A DNA stretch of 64,000 nucleotides from Octopus sinensis (taxonomy: Eukaryota). The notes under the pieces are model-generated. The model was not told where the DNA came from, made no database searches, and saw only the letters and a program-made list of their open reading frames with translations. The position numbers were made by a program, and so were the translations under genes. This document shows, piece by piece, positions 51,887-63,153 of this stretch. Positions within the stretch are counted from its first letter, which is position 1, and every line of letters starts with the position of its first letter. The DNA is taken from positions 40,610,001 through 40,674,000 of the forward strand of contig NC_043004.1 of the NCBI RefSeq assembly GCF_006345805.1. Reading direction: 5' to 3'.

Positions 51887-52407
51887 TATATATATATATG
51901 TGTGTGTGTATGTATATGGGGGGGGGGTTGAAAAGTTCTTGGCTTTGGGTAAAAGGAAATATAGGTGGATCAGTTACTTAAGATTTTATTCAGCATATTC
52001 CATTTTTAGACTTGCATGCTTATTGCAGTGGCCCTTCAATTTTTCTAATCCCTGTAAAGGAACTCAGAAGGTTGGGACTCCAACCACACTTTTCACGATA
52101 CCCTTAAAGTCAGGAACTTTTCAGTACCTCTTGTGTATGTATGTTCTTTTATTCTTTTACTTGTTTCAGTCATTTGACTGTAGCCATGCTTTTAGTCGAA
52201 CAAATCAACCCTAGGACTCATTCTTTGTAAGCCTATTACTCATTCCATTGGTCTCCCTTGCCGAACCACTAATGTACGGAAAACATAAACACACCAACAT
52301 CAGTTGTTAATCGATATTGGGGGACAAACACAGACAGACAAACATACTATGTAATTATTCTTTTGCATTCCAGGTGCCATTATACTAAACATTTGCAAAG
52401 AGTAACC

Positions 52408-52833
52408 ATGCCATGCACAAAAATTTCAGCAGAACTGTCAGATTTTCAAAGATGTCATATTGTTGGGCAATCTGGGGCTGGTCTTTGCCAGCACAATATT
52501 GCCGAAAATTTACTGTAAATAGAATTATAGTGCAAGTCAAAAGTGAAGGAAAGAATCAACAGATTCTCGTCCCGGATGACCTGGGCCCTTGGAAAGGAAG
52601 CTTTGCTGTTTGAAGGGAATTGTGGAAAGTGAACCCTGTTCAAAGGCTTCTGATATTGCAAAACAGCTAGAAGTTAGTCCAAGAATGTGTTACATATCTG
52701 CATAAGCTTGAATATTATGGAAGAGTCACTAGAAGAATACCTCTCCTTCAACCAGTTAATATCATGAAAAGAAAGAAATGAGGAGATGCCAGAAAAATCC
52801 AGTTCATTTTGGGATAGAGTGATTTTCTAACGA
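52408..52833 (+). pseudogene. Tc1-like transposase N-terminal half
   Basis: MPCTKISAELSDFQRCHIVG...ASDIAKQLEVSPR...LHKLEYYGR...DRVIFSND, frameshifted. Confidence 0.75.
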
Positions 52834-53592
52834 TAACATTACATGACATGTCAGATTAGCCAGAGGGGCAGGGCCAACCCATAACATTACATGACATGTC
52901 AGATTCGCCTGAGGGGCAAGGCCAACGATAACATTACATGACATGTCAGGTTAGCCAGAGGGGCAGGGCCAACCCATAACATTACATGACATGTCAGATT
53001 AGCCAGAGGGGCACGCCAATCCATAACATTACATGACATGTCAGATTAGCCAGAGGGGCAAGGCCACCCATAACATTACATGACATGTCAGATTCACCAG
53101 AGGGGTTGGGCCAACCATAACATTACATGACGTCAGATTAGCTAGAGGGGCAGGACCAACCATAACATTACATGACGTCAGATTTGCCAGAGGGGCAGGG
53201 CCAACAATAACATTACATGACATGTCAGATTAGCCAGAGGGGCAGGGCCAACGATAACATTACATAACATGTCAGATTAGCCAGAGGGGCAAGGCCAACC
53301 ATAACATTACATGACATGTCAGATTCGCCTGAGGGGCAGGGTCAACCCATAACATTACATGACATGTCAGATTAGCCAGAGAGGCAGGGTCAACCCATAA
53401 CATTACATGACATGTCAGATTATCCAGAGGGGCAGGCCAATCCATAACATTACATGACATGTCAGATTAGCCAGAGGGGCAGACCCAACCCATAACATTA
53501 CATGACGTGTCAGATTAGCCAGAGACGCAGACCCAACAATAACATTACATGACATGTCAGATTAGCCAGCGGGGCAGAGCCAATTCATAACA
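52830..53592. repeat. ~48-bp minisatellite CATAACATTACATGACATGTCAGATTAGCCAGAGGGGCAGGGCCAACC
   Basis: About 16 tandem units of roughly 46-49 bp, no unique spacers. Confidence 0.95.
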
Positions 53593-53924
53593 TCAGGAAG
53601 CTGCCTAATGCAAGTGAGTTTTCAAGGATGGCAAATATGGAAACAAATATGGTGAATTTCATATATGCCAATTGGCTTAAACTGCTTGTTTCCCGAGTAA
53701 TGGATATGCCAGACCTGAAAGATTGCTGCATATTGAAAAATATGAAGACAAAGAGTTATACATCACCATTAAAATCCTATTACCAAAAGCCACAGTCACT
53801 TGTTTGTGTGTGTGTTTTACAAATATGTTACTGAGAGTGTGAAATATAACATGATTTTGCATCTGAATAGATGAATATATAATATGTTCTAACATATGAC
53901 ATCTAAATACATGAATTAAAATGC

Positions 53925-54535
53925 ATTTTCTAACGTTTTTACTTTTGGGCTTTTTCGTCTGTTTGGTTTTTCTCATTTGTCCTCTTGTTTGTTTGATTTC
54001 CCGTATTGTATTCCCTTTTTATTTCTCGTCTTGTATTTTTTTGTACATGTATTTTTATCTTGTATTTTATTGTGCAGTTTTATTGTTACATCCTGCTGGT
54101 GTTCATACCCGTTTTACCCCGCTGCTTGGAATTTTATTTTAATTCTCTCGCAGGAAGGCCTAGTTAACGAGTGTCTTGTCTTGCCTTCGAAACATGCCTG
54201 AGTTAACTAGCGACAGCTGATGACGGTGGATTTTTCCTTGTGTAGCATGTCCTGTACTTGTTTTCTTGTTGTAAAAAATTTTTGGATTTTTCCTTGTGTA
54301 GCCTGTCCTGTACTTGTCGTAAAATTTTTGTTTTTCCCGTTTCTAGGTCTTGTTGTGGCGTCCTGTACTTACGTATATTTATTTATATGTGCATGTATAT
54401 ATACATGTAGATGTAGGTACGTACATATATGTTTGTATGTATGCATATATTTTTATTTATCACATTATTGTCTGACAGCGCCTCGCGTCAGGTTCGTTTC
54501 GATTTGTCGGTTCGTTCCACTTCTTGTCTCCATTT
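53925..54535 (+). mobile_element. Penelope-like terminal repeat related to 10140-10495
   Basis: Shared GGAAGG..TCTTGTC..GACA(A/G)CTGATGA and TGTAGGTA..TACATA blocks. Confidence 0.55.
54154..54223 (+). ncRNA. Pseudoknotted hammerhead-like motif
   Basis: GAAGGC/GCCTTC, CTAGTTAAC/GTTAACTAG, GTGT/ACAT, TTGTC/GACAG, GAAA 54189-54192, CTGATGA 54217-54223, GUC ending at 54175. Confidence 0.62.
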
Positions 54536-54551
54536 AATTTATATATATATA

Positions 54552-54790
54552 TCATCATCATCATCATCGTTTAGCGTCCGTTTTCCATGCTAGCATGGGT
54601 TGGACGGTTCTACTGGGGTCTGTGAAGCCAGAAGGCTTCATCAGGCCCAGTCAAATCTGGCAGTGTTTCTACGGCTGGATGCCCTTCCTAACGCCAACCA
54701 CTCCGTGAGTGTAGTGGGTGCTTTTTACATGCCACCCGCACTGGTGCCAGACAGAGCTGGCAAACGGCCACGAACGGATCGTGCTTTTTA
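54552..54790 (-). mobile_element. RTE 3' tail
   Basis: Reverse complement of RTE UTR with (CAT)n; another plus-strand copy at 45790-45938. Confidence 0.9.
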
Positions 54791-54807
54791 TGTATATATA
54801 TATATAT

Positions 54808-54842
<35 letters not shown>

Positions 54843-55016
54843 TAAAATATACATATATATACATATATATACATATATATACATATATATACATGTATAT
54901 ATATACATATATACATATATATACATGTATATATATACATGCATACATATATATATTATATATATTTATACAATATATATATATATTCATATACACTCTC
55001 ATATATATATACATAC

Positions 55017-55063
<47 letters not shown>

Positions 55064-55129
55064 GAGTGAATATGCATAGATATATTGTATAAATATATAT
55101 ATGTGTATGCATGTATATATGTGTGTGTG

Positions 55130-55179
<50 letters not shown>

Positions 55180-56045
55180 AGTGTGTGTGTATGTATGTAT
55201 GTATGATGTATGTATGTATGTATGTATGTTATGTATGTATGTATATATATGTATGTATGTGTATGTGTGTGTGCATGTGCATGCATATGTGTGTTTATAT
55301 AGATATAGATAAATACATACATAAATACATACACATATACATATATACATATATAATATACACGCATATATAGATACACATACACACACATATATATATG
55401 TTATCATATTATTAGAAATATATATACGCATACATACTTTAATATAATATGTAGACTTAACTGAATTAAAAAAAAAAACATACCAAGGCATAAATATTAA
55501 TATTCATCCGCAATACATCTTCAAGTATTTCAAGAAATAATTATATTACCGGTCTAGATATAGATGAAATTTTATTTATTAAGACACTGTCGTGCCAAAT
55601 TTGCATAAAATTCTTAGATATTGAATAATACAAGTTTTTGGCAAGTGTTTACATCATATTAGTTTACTGTAAAAAGTGTAATTATGGAACAGATAAATTT
55701 AAATTCCATCCATGCATGTATGTGTGTGAGTGAATGAGTATGCTGTCTATGTATGTATATATCGTTGCTATTATGGTAAACTGTCATACGTCCAAATTTG
55801 GTCAAATGAATTTTTCTCAATATTTATTTTTGCTTGTAATAGCTGGTTCTTTTTGGTCAACCTATCATATCTCCAGCTGCTTCAGATGCCAAGATATTAA
55901 AACTTGTCAATGTGTAGTACAACGTTTTTTGCTATGGAATGGTGAAACTATTTTTTCATTTTCTGGAAGAGCGTCGTTTTGGACTTACGGCACTTTTGCA
56001 TAATAGCAACCATATGTATTTATGTAAACATATATATATATTATA

Positions 56046-56177
<132 letters not shown>

Positions 56178-56642
56178 ACATATGTGTGTGTGTGTGTGTG
56201 TATACGTACATATACATGCAAGTGTGGGATTAAAAGTTCATAGGCTGACTCTGAAGGAGTGGTGCTAGAGCTGTGAAATCTTGCATGCATTAATTTTGCC
56301 CCTTCTTATGAATAACAGCATTGTTTCCTTCCGGGTAAATTGAGATTTGATTGTTCAAAGAAGACTTCAAAAGTAACTAGTGGCAACTTCTCTTGAAAAT
56401 GGGCAAAGTTTGGCCTTTTCATGTTATCAAGTACCTGCAGAAAAAGTGTTTAATTCCACCAAAGACATTCATGCTGACATAGTTGCTACATTAGGAGATG
56501 ATACTCCAGCTTTATCAACAGTGCAGAAGTGGGCAGGTGAATTTAGGTGGGGAACTGAGAGTCTTGAAGATGACCCATGGTCTGGAAATCTTGCAACTAC
56601 CACCACCGTGTGAGAGCTGAGAATATTCTGCACAATGTACTT

Positions 56643-57108
56643 GAAGATAATATGGACACCGCTCGGGCTCGAAAATTCAACTGTTATGTAAACCTCCTCG
56701 AGGAATGTGAATATGCAGGCTGGAAAGCGGAGCATTTTCCAATCGAAGTCGGATGTAGAGGGTTCGTTAGACACAGTGTGAGACGACTGTTGTTATTGCT
56801 AGGCCTAACTGATCGTAAAGTCAATACCACCATGACCGATATCCAATCTATAGTGGAGAAATCTAGCCACTGGATTTGGTTAAAAAGAGACGATGAGTGA
56901 TGGCTAGAAGGATATTGAACTTCATTTGATAACCAGCTGATCTAGCAAGCGGGGCTTCGTATCAGTGAGGGGGGCCAGTGCGCATTGATGCTGTCAAGAG
57001 GTAGGCCCTGAAACGGCACGCATTCTCTCCTGATGACCCCATACACTTACTGGCTTCCGGTATGCAGAGTTTTTGACTGGTAGCACTTGCATGTGCAAGT
57101 TGTTTGCA
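56643..57108 (+). mobile_element. 5'-truncated HERO-like (restriction-like endonuclease) non-LTR retrotransposon
   Basis: EDNMDTARARKFNCY..EEC...GWKAEHFPIEVGCRGFV...EKSSHWIWLKR, typical RLE C-terminus; the mariner frame ILHNVL|DMIKVS is split by it. Confidence 0.85.
56971..57036 (+). ncRNA. Pseudoknotted hammerhead-like motif in HERO-like 3' UTR
   Basis: GGGGCC/GGCCCT, AGTGCG/CGCATT, TGCTGT/ACGGCA, AGAG/CTCT, GAAA 57010-57013, CTGATGA 57030-57036, GUC ending at 56995. Confidence 0.68.
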
Positions 57109-57394
57109 AGACATGATTAAGGTTTCTTCTGAGTGGGTGTCTTGTCTTCTGACACCTGATGAAAAGCACACCAGGCTGATCACATCACAGGAAAGTCTGA
57201 CATTGTCTGAGGCAGATCCAACTGTTTTCCTTGAATGTTTCCTAACCTAGGGTGAGTGTTGGCTTCATCACTTTGAGCCAGAGACAAAGAAGACAATCCA
57301 TCCTCGCCAGCTCCAATGAAGGCCAAGGTCGTTTCATCTGAAGGTAAGGTGATGACATTAGTTTCTTGGGATGCAAAAAACATAGTGCTTATTG

Positions 57395-57536
57395 ATGGCT
57401 TTTCATAACTGCTCAGCAAGTTTTCATAGTGCTCTCCATTGATAGTGTGGGCCTTATGAAGATGACTATCTTCATAAGGCCCACACTATCAATGGAGAGC
57501 ACTATGAAAACTTGCTGAGCAGTTATGAAAAGCCAT
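57395..57536. repeat. Perfect inverted repeat, 69-bp arms, 4-nt loop GACT
   Basis: 57395-57463 is the reverse complement of 57468-57536; second hairpin with 20-bp arms at 57789-57832. Confidence 0.95.
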
Positions 57537-57783
57537 ACTTTAATATAATATGTAGACTTAACTGAATTTTAAAAAAAACATACCAAGGCATAAATATTAA
57601 TATTCATCCGCAATACATCTTCAAGCATTTCAAGAAATAATTATATTACCGGTCTAGATATAGATGAAATTTTATTTATTAAGACACTGTCGTGCCAAAT
57701 TTGCATAAAATTCTTAGATATTGAATAATACAAGTTTTTGGCAATTGTTTGCATCATATTAGTTTTCTGTAAAAAGTGTAATT
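57534..57783 (+). repeat. Direct copy of 55433-55683
   Basis: ~250 bp near-identical with a handful of substitutions. Confidence 0.95.
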
Positions 57784-58774
57784 TTGATAGTGTGGGCCTT
57801 ATGAAGATAGTCATCTTCATAAGGCCCACACTTGCTGAGCAGTTATGAAAAGCCATCAAGGCCGAATGGCCAAGAAAACTGATGGAAAGGTGTTTGTTTC
57901 ATCTGGACAATGCTCCAGCACACAAGTTCTTGGTTTCAATTGCTGCAGTATGTGACAGTGGCTTTGAACTGGTTGGTCACCATTCCTATTCTCCTGACTT
58001 CACCATATCTAACTATTATCTGTTCCCCAACATGAAAAAGCACTCGGCTGAGCACGAAGGTCACAGTGATGATGATGTCAAATCTGCTGCTGCTGATGAC
58101 TTTTTGACCAGCAGGATGAAAGCTCCTTCACCAATGAGATCCAAGCACTGCAAGACTGATAGAAAAAATGTGTAGACTGCTAGAGGAACTATTTGGAAAG
58201 ATAAACCTCATCTGGTCACATGCCATGAGATTATCTTAATCAGCCTATTAATTTTTCCATGTATAGCGTGCAATGTAAATAGACAATGTAAATTTGATAA
58301 AATTCCCATTTCTTTTTCTCTTGCTTGTCTTATTCCTTTACCTTCTCTTTTATAAATGGTCTAACTTAGGACACTGATTCCTCTTCTACTCCTTCTGTCA
58401 GTGTATTTATTTTAATTATTCACAGTCATTGATTGTCATTGTTTTGTTTTATATTTCTGGGTTTTTTTTTCTGTTATATGTTTTATTTGTCCAACTTCAT
58501 TTATAATTTATGTTTGTCATTTCCTAACCTCATAATCTTCCACATTTTATTTATATGTTTTTCAACTGACTGTGTGGTTTGGGGTTTAGTCCCGTAATGA
58601 TGGATGTCATCGCTATTTTCATGTGAGTGTTTTGTGATGGCGTGTGTAAAGAAAGTCAGAAGGCAAAGTGTATATTACATTAAAATTTATTTTTGAAGGG
58701 TAACAAGTACTCACAAAAAGCAATAAGAATTATTTCTTTAGTTTGTGTGTGAATGCTAAACAAATGCAGGAGTG

Positions 58775-59282
58775 CAGGAGTGGCTGTGTGGTAAGTAGCT
58801 TGTTTACCAACCACATGGTTCCAGGTTCAGTCCCACTGTGTGGCACCTTGGGCAAGTATCTTCTACTATAGCCTCGGGCCGACCAAAGCCTTGTGAGTGG
58901 ATTGGTAGACGGAAACTGAAAGAAGCCCATCGTATATATGTATATATATGTATATATGTGTGTGCGTGTATGTTTGTGTGTCTGTTTTGTCCCCCTAGCA
59001 TTGCTTGACAACCGATGCTGGTGTGTTTATGTCCCCATCACTTAGCGGTTCGGCAAAAGAGACCGATAGAATGAGTACTGGGCTTACAAAGAATAAGTCC
59101 CGGGGTCGAGTTGCTCGATTAAAGGTGGTGCTCAGCACACTCTGTAAAGTGGTTGGAATTAGGAAGGGCATTCAGCTGTAGAAACCAGGCCAAATCAGAA
59201 TGGAATATGGTGCAGCTCTCTGGCTTACCAGTTCCAGTCAAACCATCTAACCCATGGAAAATGATGACGATGACGATGGTGA
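58775..59282 (+). mobile_element. SINE family A joined to an RTE-type tail
   Basis: SINE A up to GGTGGTGCTC (~59133), then CACTCTGTAAAGTGGTTGG...(GAT)n. Confidence 0.8.
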
Positions 59283-59284
59283 TG

Positions 59285-59560
59285 AGGAGGGGAGGGGAGG
59301 GACGGGTTGAAGAGGATGATAAGAGGGGAGAGGGAAGGAGGAGAGGGGGGAGAGGGTGGTGGAGGGGAATAGGAGGGAGGGGAGAGGGTGGTGGAGGGGA
59401 ATAGGGAGGGGAGAGGGTGGTGGAGGGGAATAGGGAGGGGAGAGGGTGGTGGAGGGGAAGAGGGAAGTAGATGGGGAGACGGGGAGGAGGGGAGGAGGAG
59501 AGGGGTTGTGGAGGGGAAGAGGGGAGGAGATGAGGAGATTGGGGAGGAAGAGGAGGATAT
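59285..59560. repeat. G-rich purine tract with ~30-bp units GGAGAGGGTGGTGGAGGGGAATAGGGAGGG
   Basis: Direct reading. Confidence 0.85.
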
Positions 59561-59805
59561 GTTGAAGTATTGATGAAAGGAAGACTGACTGACATCCTCA
59601 CAATACCACTGTAGACCACTGGTGTCCAGGTGATGCCCAAAATGAATGAGGACCATTTAGTGAAGGGATTCCTACATTGAAGCAGTCATCAAATCTAAAA
59701 GCAGATTCATAGAATAATTTCCCAAGAAATTTTACTGAGAACATATGATGCAAATATATGTTTGGTCTATCTCCAAACTCTTCATCCTTGCATTAATCTC
59801 TAAAC

Positions 59806-60024
59806 CAGTGGTTTTCAACCAGGGTTCCACGGAACCTTAGGGTTCCGCCAGTACAGTCCAGGGGTTCCACAAGAAGTTACAAAACTGCTAAAATCGGCAG
59901 TAATTTTTAATTCTCCTGTACAGATATGTGTGCATAGGACTATTAAATTATTGCACAGGGGTTCCTCGAGCCAGTGGAATGTTTCCTTGGGGTTCCGCTC
60001 CAACAAAAAGTTTGAAAAGCACTG
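59806..60024. mobile_element. hAT (Buster/Charlie-type) MITE
   Basis: CAGTGGTTTTCAA...TTGAAAAGCACTG; perfect 8-bp TSD CTCTAAAC. Confidence 0.92.
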
Positions 60025-60365
60025 CTCTAAACCTAGACCTTTCTTTCTAGAATTCTCTAGAATTCTCTCCCTGTCCTGCAGTCATTGACTTGCAACAATT
60101 TAAGCAAAATGTGGACAGCATTAATCTCAGCAGTGTCAGATGATCTGTGAAGGCTATGGGTACCACACCTGCCATTATACCAAACTAATAATTATTTCAA
60201 CAGTAGGCACAAGGTCTGAAATTCTGAGGAGGGGGGCTAGTCAGTTACATTGACCCAAATGTTCAAATGGTATTTATTTTAATTAGCCCTGGAAAAAATG
60301 AAAGGCAAAGTCAACCTTTTCAAGATTTGAACTAAGAACGTAAGGAGTTAGAAGAAATGCCACAA

Positions 60366-60530
60366 GGCGCAGGAGTGGCTGTGTGGTAAGTAGCTTGCTA
60401 ACCAACCACATGGTTCCGGGTTCAGTCCCACTGTGTGGCATCTTGGGCAAGTGTCTTCTACTATAGCCCCGGGCCAACCAATGCCTTGTGAGTGGATTTG
60501 GTAGACGGAAACTGAAAGAAGCCTGTAGTA

Positions 60531-60581
<51 letters not shown>

Positions 60582-61334
60582 TTGTGTGTCTGTGTTTGTC
60601 CCCCTAGCATTGCTTGACAACCGATGCTGGTGTGTTTACGTCCCCGTCACTTAGCGGTTTGGCAAAAGAGACCGATAGAATAAGTACTGGGCTTACAAAG
60701 AACAAGTCCCGGGGTCGATTTGTTCGACTAAAGGCGGTGCTCCAGCATGGCCGCAGTCAAATGACTGAAACAAGTAAAAGAGAGAGTAAGTATTTTCTAT
60801 AACATGCTACCCACTCTGCTAGCTCACTGCCTTTGTACCAAACTAATAATAAAAATGGATACAAATCCAAATATAGAGCTATGCAAGCCAGAAACTACGA
60901 CAGGGTAATACAGCTTAGGGCATTTTCAACTTGTCTTTATCTCTTCTCTTATTCCTTTAACTCCTCTTTGATAAATAATCTAACCTGGGACACTAATTCC
61001 TCTTCCAATCCTTTTATTTGTGTGTTTGTTTCAATTATTCACCTTCTTTTGATTGTCATTGTTTTGCTTTATATTTCTATGCTTTTACATATTTCAGTCA
61101 TTAGACTGTGACCATGCTGGGGCATTGCCATATAGAATTTTAGTCAACTAAATCAACACCCAGGATTTAAATTTTTTTTTATCTTAGTACTTATTTTTTC
61201 AGTCTCTTTTGCTGAACCACAATGTTATGGAGTAGTAAACACACCAACACTGGTTGTCAAGTGGCGGTGAGGGAAAAACAAAGACACACACACACAGATA
61301 TTTGTGTATGTGTATATATATATATATATAAAGT

Positions 61335-61365
<31 letters not shown>

Positions 61366-61388
61366 AAGCGTATGTATATATATGTGTA

Positions 61389-61445
<57 letters not shown>

Positions 61446-62948
61446 AGAACCCCATCATGTATATATATACATGATGGGCTCTTTCAGTTTCCAACTACCA
61501 AATCCATTCATAAGATTTTGGTAATCCCAAGGTTATTCTAGAAGACACTTGCTCAAAGTGCCGTGCAGTGCGACTGAACCCAGAACCATGTGGTTGGCAA
61601 GAAAACTTTTTACCACTCAGCCATGTCTGTGCCTTTTCAGAAAAAGAATCAAAAATCCTCTTTTATAATATTTAAAACAGAAAAACAATAAATCATTCTT
61701 TTTTTTTCATGTTCACATTCGCTGATCAAAGTTGATATATTCATGAAACATAAAACAACAGCTAATTAATTTATTTATTTCTTTATTTACATTGATTTTC
61801 ATGCATTTTTTAAAATGTTTTTTCCATAAGGTATTTCCATAATTGGAAAATTAAAAATTTAGTTTTATCAAAGTCTAGACAGCAATGAGCAGTATTACAT
61901 GTATTTATACATTTAAATACTGCAATTTTGATACTGCAGTGTATTTGTAGACCATAGTTATTGGAGTGTTCTTGTGTGTGTGTGTGAGTGTACATATCTC
62001 TTTTACTTGTTTAAGTCATTTGACTGTGGCCATGCTAGAGCACTGCCTTTAGTCGAGCAAATCGACCCCAGGACTTATTCTTTGTAAGCCTAGTACTTAT
62101 TCTATCAGTCTCCTTTGCCGAACCGCTAAGTTACGAGGATGTAAACACACCAGCAAACGATGTTGTCAAACGATGTTGGGGGAACAAACGCAGATACACA
62201 AACATATATACACACACGCACACACAAACACACACACACACATATATATATATATACATATATATATATACACACATATATATACATACATACATACATA
62301 TATATATATATATACACATATATATGACGGGCTTCTTTCAGTTTCCGTCAACCAAATCCACTCACAAGGCTTTGGTCGGCCCGAGGCTATAGTAGAAGAC
62401 ACTTACCCAAGGTGCTATGCAGTGGGACTGAACCCGGAACCATGTGGTTCATAAGCAAGCTACTTACCACACAGCCGCTCCTACACCTATGTATATATAC
62501 ATATATATTCTTTTATTCTTTTGTCCTTGTATTTGTTTCAGTCATCTGACTGCGGCCATGCTGGAGCACCACCTTAAGGAGTGTTTTAGCCAAACAAATT
62601 GATTCCAGGACTTATTCTTTGTAAGCCTAGCACTTATTCTATCAGTCTCTTTTGCCAAACAGCTAAGTTACAGGTACGTAAACACACCAATATTGGTTGT
62701 CAAGCGATGGTAGCGAGTACAAACATAAACACACAGATATATACACACATGCACACACACACACACACACACATACATACAGAGAAACATATACAACAGG
62801 CTTCTTTCAGTTTCCATCTACCAAATCCACTCATAAGGCTTTGGTTAACCTGAGGCTATAGTAGAAGATACTTGCCCAAGGTGCTATGCAGTGGGACTGA
62901 ACCCAGAACCATATAGTCGGGAAGCAAACTGCTTACCACACAGCCATG
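60366..62948. mobile_element. Cluster of four SINE A copies (60366-60790 +; 61090-61625, 62000-62482, 62535-62948 -)
   Basis: Similarity to 5222-5638 and 28071-28478. Confidence 0.88.
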
Positions 62949-62954
62949 TGTGCA

Positions 62955-62992
<38 letters not shown>

Positions 62993-63095
62993 TAGATAGA
63001 TAGATACATACATACATACATACATGCATGTCTGTATGTATGTATGTATGTATGTATCCATGTATACATTCATAACATACATACATACATACATG

Positions 63096-63148
<53 letters not shown>

Positions 63149-63153
<5 letters not shown>

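Larger units (their letters stand above)
56222..58262 (+). pseudogene. mariner element, decayed, with nested insertions
   Basis: TKDIHADIVATLGDDTPALSTVQKWAGEF, KVSSEWVSCLLT, FHLDNAPAH, HSYSPDFTISNYYLFPNMKK; TIR remnants AAAAGTTCATAGGCTGA / TCAGCCTATTAATTTT. Confidence 0.9.

Noticed and set aside
52858-52872. CTCF or p53 sites in the minisatellite unit
   Set aside because: CCAGAGGGGCAG is misspaced relative to the CTCF core, and the CATG cores lack p53 full-site spacing.
52830-53592. CRISPR-like regular repeat with palindrome
   Set aside because: Units are contiguous without unique spacers, there are no cas genes, and the context is eukaryotic.
56577-56900. 107-aa ORF as a host or fusion gene
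   Set aside because: Accidental read-through from mariner sequence into a truncated HERO-like endonuclease tail.
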